Shown here: piece after piece, positions 37,666 to 50,554 of the stretch
How positions within the stretch are numbered: the first letter of the stretch is position 1
How the letters are laid out: each line of letters starts with the position of its first letter
Source of the DNA: Fonticula alba ATCC 38817
Taxonomy: Eukaryota; Protista; Nucleariida
DNA length: 64,000 nucleotides
Reading direction: 5' to 3' (one strand)
NCBI GenBank assembly: GCA_000388065.2
Contig: KB932208.1
The notes under the pieces: generated by a model
The model's input: the letters and a program-made list of their open reading frames with translations, nothing else
Databases searched by the model: none
What the model was told of the DNA's origin: nothing
Program-made: the position numbers and the translations under genes

Positions 37666-39217
37666 GGTGTTTGTACTTGGTGCTGTGCCTGCCGCGCGTC
37701 AATGGTGTGGCGCGCCGGTGTGTCAGAGGGATGGGCGGGTGTTTGAGCGTGAATGCGTTCGCGAGACAGGGGCCAGGCAGGGGAGGAGGAAGGCCGATTT
37801 TTCTGGGCCACTCACATCCCAGCAGGGCCTCCTCGCTCAAGTATCCCGCGCCGCGCGCCCCTCCCCCTGGGCCCCTCCCCCCGGCGTGTGTGTGTGTGTG
37901 TGTGCGTGGCGCCCGGCCGCCCCTCGCCGCACGCTGGCCGCCGAGAGTGCCCCACGCCAGGGGGCTCCCGGCGCCCCAGCCGAGGCTCGCCTCTCGGCTG
38001 ACAACCGCCCGGGCGCCCTGCCGTGGGTTGTCATCGCGGGGCGGAGTGGGGAAAGCAAATAGCTAAGCCCCCGACATGGGGCCGGACGCCCCCCCTCCCC
38101 CGTCCCTTCCCCCTCGGCGTGCTACCTTCGTGCTTGCACGGCCGCCGGCAGAGCCGCCCATCGCCGCACGGCATGGGCCATGCTTCTCGGCAGGATGCAG
38201 CGACACCACGCAAAGGGGGCACCCGAGCCGGCCCGGCGATCGGGCCGACCCTCTCTGGCCCGCAGCGGCGCCGGCCACCAGCCAGCCATCAATTGTGGGG
38301 TGACACATTGTCCGATTTCCCCCCCCGGCGGTCGACGACGCTCGTCGGGTGGGCGAAAGGCACGGGGATCAGGCGCGGCGGCCCCGTGGACGCTCACGTG
38401 CCACCGGCGGGTTAAGACCGGGCGCGGCCGTAAACCCACCCTGCCCTTGGTTGGCTTGTTGCAGCCGCCGCCGCCGCCGCCACCGGAGAACGCCCGGCCG
38501 TGTTTACCACACTTTGTCAGAGGTATTCAACATTCCCCCCCGCCCAGCGGCGGGTCCCGCCGCAAGGCGCGGCGCGCGAGGCTGCCGAGGCCGGGGCCCC
38601 GGGCCGTCGGTCGGGCCATGCCGGTCGGGCTTGGGCCGGGCGTGCTCGATCGCCCGGAGAAGGGCCCCTGTCCCCTCGCGCCCCCCCCCCCCCCCCGATC
38701 GGGGCTTCGATCGGCGCCAGATCGCGCAGCGCCGATCTCCCTCGCGGCACGCCCCTCCCTCCGGCCACCCGGCACGGCCCGGGCCTCCTGCTACCGCCCA
38801 AGTGGCTGCGACAGGGCCCCACAGCAGGCAACGAGCCCTCGCGCGCCGGCCACATCTGCCGGATGTCCCCGGAGACGGCATCGCATTGGGAAGGGCATAT
38901 CGCCCCGGCCACCGATCGGCCGGCCTGCGGGTCGCCCTCATCTGCGGGGCTGACCGTCTCTGCTGCCCCGGGGCCCCCCTTCCCCCTGCCAGGCGGCCCC
39001 GGGCGGCTCCTCTCGGCCCCGGTCATGCCTCCCGCCCGGGGCAGCGCATGCGAGGGGCGTGTTCTTTTTGGGTGCCCAGCCCGACCCCCACCGCCTGCTC
39101 CTCCCCCCCGCAGATGGCACCGCCCTCCTCCCCTCCTCTCCCCCCCCCCCGCCCCCGCCCCCTGTTTGTGCCCCGTCCCACCTGTCGGGGCCCATTCGCT
39201 CACCCCCCGCCCCCCCC

Positions 39218-42200
39218 ATGGTCGGCCGCCACCCTCGTCCCAGGGCCCCGCTCCTGGGCATCCTGCTCTTGCTGCTGCTGCTGCTGCTGCTCCGGCCCGG
39301 CACATCGGGCGCCCTCGCCCGACGCGGTGTCTCCCCCCCGGGCCCGGCGCCGGTGTCCCTGGCGATGGCCGACGCCCCGGGACCGGCCAGCCCCACGGCC
39401 GACCCGCCAGCATGCCACCCCACCTGTGCCCAGTGCTTCGGGCCCACCGGGCAGGACTGCCTCCGGTGCCCGGACGGGCGGGCCCTCCACCAGGGGGCCT
39501 GCCTGCCGGCCTGCCCGGCCGGCTTCTTCCCCACCCCCTCCACCGAGGGCACCCTCTGCCGGAGCTGCCACACATCGTGCGCCGGCTGCATCGCCTCGGA
39601 CGCCGGGGCCTGCACCGCCTGCCAGCCGGGGCTGGTGCTGCTCGAGGGCCGGTGCCAGCCCGGGGCCTGCCCGGCCGGCACCTTCCCCGACCCGACGTCC
39701 GACAGCGCCCCCTGCCGCGCCTGCCACCGGTCGTGCTCCACCTGCACCGGGCCGGATGCCGGGCACTGCCTCTCCTGCCCCGGGCATGCGGTGCTCACCG
39801 GCGATGGGGCCTGCCGGCCGGCCTGCCCGGCCGGGCACTACCTCTCCCCCGATCGGGTGCCCTCCTGCCGGGCATGCCATGCCACGTGCGCGGCCTGCCG
39901 GCACGGCCAGGCGGCCGACTGCACCGCCTGCCCGGCCGGCCGCCAGCTGTCCCTCGGCCGGTGCGTGTCCCCCTGCGGCCCGGGGGCCACCCTCCACCAG
40001 GAGGCCTGTGTCGCCTGCCATGCCTCCTGCACCGAGTGCTCCGGCCCCGGGCAGGGCCACTGCCTGGCCTGCTCGGCGGGCCTCTGGCTTGGGCCCGATG
40101 GCCGGTGCCTGGGCCAATGCCCGGCCGGGTGGTTCCCCGAGCCGGCCCCCGGCCGCCGGTGCCTCGCCTGCCCGGCCCCCTGCGACCAGTGCGTCAGCTC
40201 CACCGAGTGCACCGTCTGCCGGGCGGGCTGGCAGCTGGACCCGGGGTCCAGCACCTGCCGGCCGGCCGCCGGGGCCTGTCCCCAGGGCCGGTACCCGGCC
40301 GCCGGCAAGTGCCTCCCCTGTCACCACTCATGTCGCGCCTGTTCCGGCCCCTCGGAAGCCGAGTGCCTCCTGTGCCCGGCGCACCGGGTGCACTGGCCCG
40401 GCGCCGGGACCTGCCCGCTGGTCTGCCCGGCCGCCGAGTATCTGGAGTCCGGCGACCCGCCGGACCCGACCGGCCGCCGGTGCGCCCCCTGTGCCCGCGG
40501 CTGCCGGGCCTGCGCCGGCCCCTCGCCCAGCGCCTGCTCCCAATGCCAGGCCCCCTTCCTGCAGGTCGGCGACCAGTGTCTGGCCTCCTGCCCGGCCGGC
40601 TTCATCCAAGTCCCGGACCTGACCCAGCCGGATGTGGCCTCCTGCCGGGCCTGCCCGGCCCCCTGCACCGCCTGTGTGGCGGTCCTCCAGCAGGCCGGCG
40701 ACCCGGCCTGCCTGGCATGCTCCCCGGGATATGCCCTGGTGCCGGCCGCCCCGGGCGGCCCGGGGTCCTGTGTCTCCTGCCCGGCCCGGTGCCTGGAATG
40801 CTCGGACCCGGCCCGGTGCCACCGGTGCGAGGCCGGCTTCCAGCCGGACCCCTCCTCCGGGGCCTGCCTGCCGTCCTGCCCCCCGGGGACCTGGTTCCAC
40901 CCGACGGCCCGGGCCTGCCAGCCCTGCGCCGGCCCCTGCGCCCGGTGCCTCGACGCCCCGGACCACTGCACCGCCTGCACCCCGGGCACCTACCTCTCGC
41001 AGGGCACCTGCGCCGGCTGCCATGCCTCCTGCTCCGAGTGCCAGGGCGAGGCCGCCTGCACGGCCTGCGCCCCGGGGCTCGTCTTCCCCGGCCCCCCCGG
41101 GCAGTCCCTCTGCACGGATGCCTGCCCGGCCGGGCAATTCGCCGACCTCCCGGCCGGCCGGTGTTCGCCCTGCGTCGGCCCCTGCGCCGAGTGCCTCGGC
41201 GCCGCGGACCGCTGCACCGCCTGCCTGCCCGGGGCCTTCCCGGCCGGCGGCACTTGCGCCGCCTGCCACGGCTCCTGCGCCACCTGCCCCGGGCCCGAGG
41301 CATGCGCCACCTGCGCCGAGGGGCACCTCTTCGCCGGGGCCCCCGGGCAGTCCCTCTGCCTGGCGGCCTGCCCGGCCGGCACCTTCCCCGACTCGGCCGC
41401 CGGCCGGTGCACCCCCTGCCATGCCACCTGCGCCGCATGCACCGGCGCCGCGCGGCAGTGCACCGCCTGCGCGCCGGGCTTCCGCCCGGAGGGGCCTTGG
41501 TCCGAGGCCGGCCGGTGCGTGGCCTGCCCGGATGGGTGTGCCGGCTGCGACGCGGCCGGCCGGTGCACCGCCTGCGCGCCCGGGCTCCAGCTGACCCCGG
41601 CCGGGCAGTGCGCCTCCGACTGCCCGGCCGGGCACTACCCCCAGGCCGACGCCTGCCTGCCCTGCCACGAGTCCTGCGCCTCCTGCTCCGGGGCCCGGGC
41701 ATGCGGCACCTGCCAGCCGGGGCTCGTCTTCGCCAGCCCCGATGGCCTGCCCTCGCTGTGTGTCTTCTCCTGCCCGGAGGGGCACTTTGCCGACCCCCAG
41801 TCCGGGCGGTGCGCCGCCTGCCATGCCTCCTGCGCGGCCTGCACCACCGCCGCCGGCCAGTGCACCGCCTGCGCGCCGGCCTTCCGCCCGGAGGGGGCCT
41901 GGTCCACCGCCGGCCGGTGCGTGGCCTGCCCGGCCGGGTGCGCCGCCTGCGACCCGGCCGGCCGGTGCACCGCCTGCACCGGGGCCCTGCTCCTGACCCC
42001 GGGCGGGGCCTGTGAGTCGTCCTGCCCGGCCGGGCAGTTCGCCGCCTCCGGCCGCTGCCACCCCTGCCGGGCCCCCTGCGTCCAGTGCATCGACACGGCC
42101 GACCACTGCATCACCTGCATCCGCGGGACCTTCCTCCGGGAGGCGGTCTGCACCGCGTGCGATGCCTCCTGCGCGGCCTGCTCCACGGCCCAGGCCTGCA

Positions 42201-45200
42201 GCACCTGCGCCGAGGGGCACCTCTTCGCCGGGGCCCCCGGGCAGTCCCTCTGCCTGGCGGCCTGCCCGGCCGGCACCTTCCCCGACCCGGCCGCCGGCCG
42301 GTGCGCCCCCTGCCATGCCTCGTGCGCGGCCTGCACCACCGCCGCCGACCAGTGCACCGCCTGTGCGCCGGCCTTCCGCCCGGAGGGGGCCTGGTCCGAG
42401 GCCGGCCGGTGCGTGGCCTGCCCGACCGCCTGCTCGGCATGCGACCCGGCCGGCCGGTGCACCGCCTGCACCGGGGCCCTGCTGCTGGCCCCGGACGGCA
42501 CCTGCGCCTCGGCCTGCCCGGCGCACACCTGGCCCGACACCGGGGCCCGCGTGTGCCGGCCCTGCCAGGCCCCATGCTCCCGGTGCACCGGGCCCCGGGC
42601 CTGTGTCTCCTGCCTGCCCGGCACCTACCTCGACCGGGACGCCTGCCTGCCATGCGACGCCTCGTGCGCCGCCTGCCCCGGGCCCGCGGCATGCGACACC
42701 TGCGCCCGGGGGCTGCTCTTCGCCGGCGAGCCCGGCCACTCGCTCTGCCTGGCGGCCTGCCCGGCCGGCACCTTCCCGGCCGTCGACCGGTGCGCCGCCT
42801 GCCATGCCACCTGCGCCGCATGCACCGGCGCCGCGCGGCAGTGCACCGCCTGCGCTCCGCGCCACCGGCCCGAGGGGGACTGGCCGGCCGGCGGGGCCGG
42901 CGGCCGGTGCGTCCCCTGCCCGGCCGCCTGCACCGCCTGCGACCCGGCCGGCCGGTGCACCGCCTGCGCGCCCGGGCTCCAGCTGACCCCGGCCGGGCAG
43001 TGCGCCTCCGGCTGCCCGGCCGGGCACTACCCCCAGGCCGACGCCTGCCTGCCCTGCCAGGCCCCCTGTGCCGAGTGCACCGGGCCCGGGCACTGTCTCT
43101 CCTGCCCCCCGGGGGCCTTCCTCCAGCTGGACACATGCGCCGAGTGCGATGCCTCCTGCGCGGCCTGCTCCGACGGCCGGTCCTGCGATGTCTGCCGGCC
43201 GGGGCACTTTTTCGCCCGGCCCGCCGGCCTGCCCGGCCTGTGCCTGGACGCCTGCCCGGCCGGCTCGCTGCCGCTGGCCGGCCACTGCACCCCCTGCCAT
43301 GCCTCGTGCGCGGCCTGCGCCACCGCCGCCGACCGGTGCACCCGCTGTGCGCCGGCCTTCCGCCCGGAGGGGGCCTGGTCCGAGGCCGGCCGGTGCGTGG
43401 CCTGCCCGGCCGGGTGCGCCGCCTGCGACCCGGCCGGCCGGTGCACCGCCTGCACCGGGGCCCTGCTCCTGGCCCCGGACGGCACCTGCGCCTCGGCCTG
43501 CCCGGCCGCCACCTTCCCCCACGACCGGGCCGTCTGCCTGCCCTGCGACCCGTCCTGCTCCCGGTGCACCGACGACCAGGCCTGCCTCGAGTGCGCCCCG
43601 GGGCTGGTCTTCCTCTCGCCCGACCCCGGGGCCCGGTCTCTCTGTGTGGGCACCTGCCCGGCGGGGTTCCTGCCCGAGGGCCCCCGGTGCCTGGCCTGCG
43701 TGGCCCCCTGTGCCCGGTGCACCGAGGCCCCGGACCGCTGCACGGCCTGCCTGCCGGGGCTCCGCCTGGCCGAGCCGGCCGAGCTGGCCGCCCAGCCGGC
43801 CGCCCAGTGTGTCCCCTGCCCGGCCGAGTGTGCCGGCTGCCTGCCGGACGGCCGGTGCACCGCCTGCCCGGATGCCCCGGGCCCCGGGGCCCGGCCGGTC
43901 TTGTCGCCCTTCGGCCGATGCCTGGCCCACTGCCCGGCCGGCTGGTATGCCGACCCGGAGGCCGGCCGCTGCCGGCCCTGCAACGGCTCGTGCGCCACCT
44001 GCTCCGGGCCCTCGGCCTGCGACACCTGCCAGCCGGGGCTGGTGTTCCTGGCCCCGGGCGCCCGGCCGGCCGAGGCCCCTGACCCGGCCCCCCCCGGGCC
44101 CGGGGGCACCCTTTGCACGGACGTCTGCCCGGCCGGCCAGGTCCCCGGCCGGACGCCCGACCCGGCGGCCAGCCCGCAGTGCGTCCCCTGCGCCGGGGCC
44201 TGCGCGACGTGCGTCCACACCCCGGACCAGTGCGTGGCCTGTGCCCCCGGGCACCGGCCGCACACGCCCCACGACCTGCCCGGCGCCTGTGTCCCCTGCC
44301 CGACCGGCTGCCACGACTGCCTGGACAATGGCCGGTGCTTGGCCTGCCTGCCGGGCTCCGGCCTGGTGTTGACCCCGGCCGGGCGATGTGCCGCCGCCTG
44401 CCCGGACGGCTGGTTCGCCTCCGGCCACGGGCACTGCCTCCGGTGCGCCGACGAATGTGCCACCTGCACCGGGCCGCTGCCGGCCCACTGCACGGCCTGC
44501 CGCCCGGGCGCCAGCCTCCTGCCGGCCCCCGGCCCCGGCCACTGTGCCACCCCCTGCCCGGCCGGCCACTTCCGTGATGACACCTCCCCCGAGTGCCGGG
44601 CCTGCCACCGGGACTGTGCCTCCTGCACCGGGCCCACCTCGGGCCACTGCGTCGAGTGCTCGGCCCCCGGCCTCCTCCAGCTGGATGGCCACTGTGTGGA
44701 CGCCTGCCCCGACAGCTTCTTCCCCCAGGCCGGCCGCCGGTGCGTCCGGTGCCATGGGGCCTGCCACGCCTGTGCCGGGCCCGGCCCGGGGGACTGTCTC
44801 TCCTGCCCGGCCGGCCTGGTGGCCCTGAGCCTGGTGGCCGCCGGCCGGCCGCGCGCTTGCGGCAGCTTCTGCCCGGCCGGCTCGGCTCTCGACCCGGAGG
44901 CCGTGGCCTGCCGCGCCTGCCCGGCCGACTGCCCGCAGTGCGACGCCGCCGGCGTCTGCCAGGCGTGCGGCCCCGGGTGGCTGCTTGCCGCCGGTGCCCC
45001 GGCCTCCGCCGGCATCTCCGCCCCCCTGGCGGGCCCGGGCCCGGGGCCGGGCCCGCCGCAACCCGCATGCATCCGCGGGCCCGACTGTCCGGCCGGCGCC
45101 GCGCCGCACGGGACCCGGTGTCTTGCCTGCGCCGCCGGGTGTGCCACCTGCGCCGGGCCCGAGGCCGACCAGTGCCTCACCTGTGCCCCGGGCTTCGACA

Positions 45201-46489
45201 CGCCCTTCGAGGGGGCCTGCCTGGCCGCCTGCCCCCAGGCCGGGTACTTCCCGCATCCGCGCACCGGCCAGTGCGTCGGCTGCCATGCCTCCTGCCTCGC
45301 CTGCACATCCATCCAGGAGGACGCCTGCACCGCCTGTCCCCCGGACCATGCTCTCTGGCAGGGCACCTGCCTGGCCGCCTGTCCGGCCGGCACCTTCCGC
45401 CAGGCCCCCGACTCTCCGGACGCCTCGGGCTCTTCGGGCCACCAGGACGCCCCGGGCTCTTCGGGCCACCAGGACGCCCCGGGCTCTTCGGGCCACCAGG
45501 ACGCCCCGGGCTCTTCGGGCCACCAGGACGCCTCGGGCTCTTCTGACCACCAAGGCGCCCCGGCCCCCCCCGGCATGCAGGACGCCCCGGTCCCCTCCGG
45601 CTACCGGTGCATCCCCTGTGACTCGGAGTGTGCCGGGTGCGAGGGCCCGGGCCCGGGCCACTGCACAGGCTGCCCGGCCGGGCGCCTGCTCGGGCCCGAT
45701 GGCCATTGCCTCGACGAGTGCCCGACCGGCTTCGGGCCCTGCCATTCGGACGGCCGGTGCATCCGCTGCCCGGCCGGCTGCGCTCGCTGCCAGCCGGCCC
45801 CGGACCAATGCCAGTCGGGCGTCTGCCTGGCCTGCCAGCCCGGGCTCTTCCTCGGCCTCGACAGCCAGTGCCACGACGCCTGCCCGGTGGGGGAGTTCCC
45901 GCCGGCCAGCGTGCCGGGCCAGTGCTTCCAGTGCGCCAAGGCGTGCGCCTCCTGCGCCTCCTCGGCCGAGGCGTGCACCTCCTGCGCCGATGCCGACCAC
46001 TGGCTGGTCCTCGGCACCGGCGAGTGCACCCGGGCGGCGTGCCCGGAAATGGGCTTCGCCACTTTCCACGACCCGGCCATCGGCCGCGTGTGCATCCCCT
46101 GCCATGTGGCCGGGTGCGAGTTTTGTTCCCTGCCTCCGGCTGCCGACCCGGGCTGCCGGCGTCTGGCCGACCGGGGCATCACCTGTCCGGACCTTGACCG
46201 CTGTGACCGCTGCGCCTCCGGGCGAAGCATCCTCCCCGGGGGCCAGGCCGCCGACCAGTGTGTGCTCGCCTGCCCCGGGGGCTTCTTCAGCTCCTCCACC
46301 CCGGGCAGCGGCGCCCTCCGGTGCATGAACTGTGCCCCGGGCTGCAACCACTGCCAGGGGCCGCTGCCGGTCGACTGCCTCGACGAACGGCCCGAGCCCT
46401 CTTCTCGGCCGCTCGGTGCGTCGCGCCTCCCCCGTGTCTGTGTTCCCCCGCCCGGGGGCGCGACCTCCGCGTATCTCCCTTGCCTCATG

Positions 46490-46522
<33 letters not shown>

Positions 46523-46578
46523 CTCTCCGAGCACAAATGACGAGCTAACAGACCCCCACACTCGTCCACCCACCCACC

Positions 46579-46634
<56 letters not shown>

Positions 46635-48552
46635 GATAAGCCCTTGGTCTCGGCATCGGCATCGGCTCCGCCCTGCTCATCCTGCTGATCATCGGCGTCA
46701 TCGTGCTGGTCATCGTCCGGCGTCACCGGGCTCCACACTTGCTACTGCCCAAGGTGCGCCGGTCTCCCCCTGCCTCGCCCTTTTCGCGCGCCTGCAGCCG
46801 CCAGCCCAGCCCATGCGCATGAGGGATGCCCACCCTGGTTCACTGACGCTCTCTGCCCGATGCCACAGACCACTGCCCCGGATTACGGTACGCCGTCGTC
46901 TCGGCTTCTGTTTGAGCCTTTCGCCCGGTCCACGCCGCTGCTTTGCCTTGCTCAGTCTTCGGGTCTCTTGCTCTCCTGCCCCCTTTCTCTCTCTCACACA
47001 CACACACACACGCACCCACACTCTGTCTCCCGCCCTCCGCCCCTTCCCCCTTCCAAAACCCAGACGCGACGGTCCTTAATACCTTGCCGGAGCTCAGCAT
47101 GCCCGGCGCGGCCCTCGTCTCCGCCGACTACGACTTCATCCCCATCGAGGAGGGCAAGCTCGGCGAGGGGGCCCAGGCGTCGGTTTACTCGGCCCGCGTG
47201 GTCGGCGACGGCCTGATCTCTCGACTCCGCTGCCCGGCCATCGTGGCCATCAAGCGCAGCAAGGGTACGCTCCTCCTCCTCCTCCTCCTCACCGGGCAAT
47301 GCCTCCCCCCGTCCCTCCCCCCGTGACGCCATCCGCTGACCGGCGCCCGTCCCTGTGCCAGAATCCATCCAGGACGACCTTCGCGACTTCCTCTTCCAAA
47401 ATGAGATCTCCCTCATGTGGTCCGTGTCATCCCCATAACCGCCTGCCGCCGTTCTCTGGCCCTCTCCGACCGCATGCGCCCGCCCGGGTGCTCTCCCTCG
47501 CGGCCCCACACCCACACATGTGCACCAGTGCTTACACATAGGTCGCCCCTCGCCTGTGACTCGCATCCCCTCGCCCCGGCCTCCCGCGCCCGGCACAGGC
47601 TCGCCCGCGGCCAGCCCAACATCGTCCAGATCTTCGGGTACTCCGAGCGCCCGCAGGCCCTGATCATGGAGAAGTTCGACTCCTGCCTACAGACGCTGCT
47701 CTTCTCCGGCGTGGCCCTCGCCATGGACGAGTCCCTGGATCTCATGGCCGACGTGGGTGCGTGGTCGCTCCCATGCCTGGCCCCCCCTCCCGCTCCTCCC
47801 CCTCCCGCGCGCGCGCCCCCTCGCCACGTGTCCCNNNNNNNNNNNNNNNNNNNNNNNNNNNNNNNNNNNNNNNNNNNNNNNNNNNNNNNNNNNNNNNNNN
47901 NNNNNNNNNNNNNNNNNNNNNNNNNNNNNNNNNNNNNNNNNNNNNNNNNNNNNNNNNNNNNNNNNNNNNNNNNNNNNNNNNNNNNNNNNNNNNNNNNNNN
48001 NNNNNNNNNNNNNNNNNNNNNNNNNNNNNNNNCCCTGTGTTGGTGGGAGAGTGCGCGTGCGAGGGGGGACAACTCCAATGCCCTGGTACGTATGCACACC
48101 CCAGCCACCGTACTGTCGCTGGCCTGTCCTTGTCTGCTGGCCTCCCCCCCCCCCCCTCCCCTCCTCCCCCGTCCAGGCACTCACCCCTTCTCTCCGCCTC
48201 CGGCCGGTGCAGAGCCTGCGCGCCTTCGAGACCCAGCAGCCCATCCTCCCGGCACTCTACCTCCAGTCGGATGTCTACTCCACGGCCGTGCTCCTGTGGG
48301 TGATCCTCGCCCGGCGCGCCCCGTCCCATGGTGCGTGTCCAGCACCTGTCTTCCTGCCCCGGGCGCTCGCCCTCCTCTCCCACCTTCGGGCTGGGCGTCT
48401 CCCCATCTGGCCGCACTCACATGGCCTGCTCGGTGCATGTTGGCCCACTCACCCACTCACCCACTCACCCACACCTCTACACCTCCACACCTCTACATAC
48501 ACTCACCCACTCACCCACTCACCCACTCACCCACTCACCCACTCACCCACAC

Positions 48553-48619
<67 letters not shown>

Positions 48620-48879
48620 AGCACCGGAAGAAGATTTCCCGCGATACACAGGCCGGCTGCCGCCCCGCCCCAGGGCCGGTCTTCGACCGTTGGACCGCCC
48701 CAGACGACCGAGCCGCTGCCGACCGGGTCCTGGGCCTGGTGGAGCGGGCCTGGGCCGCGGATCCAACGCACCGACCCACGGCCGGCGCCCTGCACCGGGT
48801 CCTGGTGGACATCCGCGCCGGCATGGCCGGGCCTGCCCCGGCCCAGGCCGAGAGCGGCCCACCCCCCGGCCCCGGGTGA
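39218..48879 (+). CDS. Giant Cys-rich (furin-like/growth-factor-receptor CxxC repeat) single-pass receptor with a C-terminal TKL-type protein kinase domain, ~2,700+ aa; part of the kinase lies in an N-gap
   Basis: Signal peptide LLGILLLLLLLLLLRPGTSGA; ~7.2-kb first exon (39218-46415) of CxxC repeats; TM exon 46641-46753 (LGLGIGIGSALLILLIIGVIVLVIVRRHR). In-phase kinase exons give KLGEGAQASVY, VAIKRSK, NEISLM, PNIVQIFGY, LIMEKF, SDVYSTAVLLWVIL and AWAADPTHRPT; stop at 48879. Confidence 0.9.
45419..45553 (+). repeat. Coding minisatellite, 5 x 27 bp (DAPGSSGHQ)
   Basis: GACGCC(C/T)CGGGCTCTTCGGGCCACCAG repeated in frame inside the receptor ectodomain. Confidence 0.95.
48445..48615. repeat. (CCCACTCA)n plus (CA)n intronic microsatellite
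   Basis: Seen directly in the last kinase intron. Confidence 0.9.
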
Positions 48880-49001
48880 GCCCTTAGCCATGGCCTTTTC
48901 CTCGGGCGCTCCCGGGGAGGCGAGATGCCTTTGCACTCGCCTCCCGAAGGAGAGCAAAAAAACAAACAAACAATAAAGACACATGCCTTGCCAGTGAGCG
49001 C

Positions 49002-49050
<49 letters not shown>

Positions 49051-49320
49051 GAGAGAGGGCGAGGGAAAGAGAGAGAGAGACAACGGCAGAGCAGGCCAAA
49101 GGCCGAGACGGCAACGGGTATAGTCGACGGGCGAGACGGGGGGGGGGGAGACTGAGCGAAGGGGGCCAAAAGGGAGAAGGTCGCGTAACGGCGCGCGGTC
49201 CGCTCGGCTTTCGCCCTGCGCCCCGGCCCGCCCCGCCCGCAGACGGGTGGGCGTTTGTCCCTTCCCGCGGCTGCCTGCGCGCGGAAGGAAAATCGGGCCC
49301 GGGGCAAAAAGATGAGGAAT

Positions 49321-49391
49321 TGCGTCGACCGGGAATCGAACCCGGGTCTACCGCGTGGCAGGCGGCAATTCTACCACTAAACCATCGACGC
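49321..49391 (-). tRNA. tRNA-Gly(GCC)
   Basis: Reverse complement GCGTCGATGGTTTAGTGGTAGAATTGCCGCCTGCCACGCGGTAGACCCGGGTTCGATTCCCGGTCGACGCA; anticodon GCC. Confidence 0.95.
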
Positions 49392-49882
49392 TTATTCCAC
49401 GGCTGACACGCGCCCGGGGAATATATACCCTCTCCGAGCTGACTTTCCCGTGCGCGGAGCACCCAGTGGCGGTGCCGTGTGATCAGCCCCAGGTCAGCTC
49501 CCGGGAAAGCGCATCACGAGCACGGCCATGTGCTCTTCCAGGCGCACGGGGCGCGAAAGCCCCACAAGCCGGCCATGCCCCCCCCCCCCCAGCCTCGCCG
49601 GGACGGCATGGCTGCCCCGAAGAACAGGAAGTCCCGTCCTGAGGCCGAGAAGTGCGGGCGGCCGTGCGTGCGCCTCCCAAAAGCCGAGGCAAGACCACAG
49701 GGCTCGCAATGACGCCCGATGTTCGGCTCCCCCTCCTCGCCGCCGGCCGGGGCCGACTCCCGGGCCCCTCGCGACTCCGGCCTCATGCCGTCCCGCCCCC
49801 TCCCCCAGGAGAGGGTGAGGGCCAGGAACTGCATGGCCAAGGCGCTGCGCTTTAAATCCCCCAGGGGAGTCCCTTCCCTCAC

Positions 49883-49955
49883 GCCTCGATAGCTCAGTTG
49901 GGAGAGCGTGTGACTGAAGATCACAAGGTCACCAGTTCAATCCTGGTTCGAGGCA
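49883..49955 (+). tRNA. tRNA-Phe(GAA)
   Basis: GCCTCGATAGCTCAGTTGGGAGAGCGTGTGACTGAAGATCACAAGGTCACCAGTTCAATCCTGGTTCGAGGCA; anticodon loop CTGAAGA. Confidence 0.95.
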
Positions 49956-50554
49956 ACTTCCCTTTTGCCCGCCGACGCCGCCCCACAGAGGGACGGGGGC
50001 TGCGCCGGAGAAAAAAAAAACACCACGCCCAAGGGGGGGAAAGAGAGCATTTTGCCGCACAAAGGGGGGGGTGTATGCGCAGAGACAAAAGGGAAGGGGG
50101 GGGGGGAGAACACAAGGGCACACATGGGCGAACATCGCTGTCGCCATGGGGAGGGAGGGAGCCGCCGCGACGCGTCTTTTGCCGGGGACGCGCGGGGCCA
50201 CGGGGAGGGAGGGGGAAGCACAGAGAAGAGATGCACAAGGACAAGGGAGGGGGGCGAACACGGGGAAGCAGACACCCCGTCGGGATGGACGCACGCCCAC
50301 GCGCATTCTCGAGAACTGCAGAGCGAGGGGCATGGGAGCGCAGAGAGCGGACAGCGAGGGGGGAGGGGCCCGATGCGCCCGGCGCGACGCCGCCCGCACC
50401 ACCCCTTCCGTACCTGGCCCCCTGGCCCGCGCGAGGGGGAGGAGGGTCGAGGGACAGGAGGGGGAGGGGGGGGGGGGCGAAGGGGAGCAAACGGCAAAAG
50501 CATGCCCCCTTCTTCTCCCGGGCGCGCCCGCGCGTCTGAGCCGGTCGTCCCGCA

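Noticed and set aside
45419-45553. Possible CRISPR-like array
   Set aside because: The units are contiguous with no unique spacers, in frame within a eukaryotic exon, and there are no cas genes.
38349-46738. Very long alternative-frame and antisense ORFs over the receptor gene (e.g. 40328-46738 minus, 38500-42015 plus)
   Set aside because: Shadow ORFs caused by extreme GC3 bias; they translate to low-complexity Ala/Gly/Arg/Pro text with no motifs.
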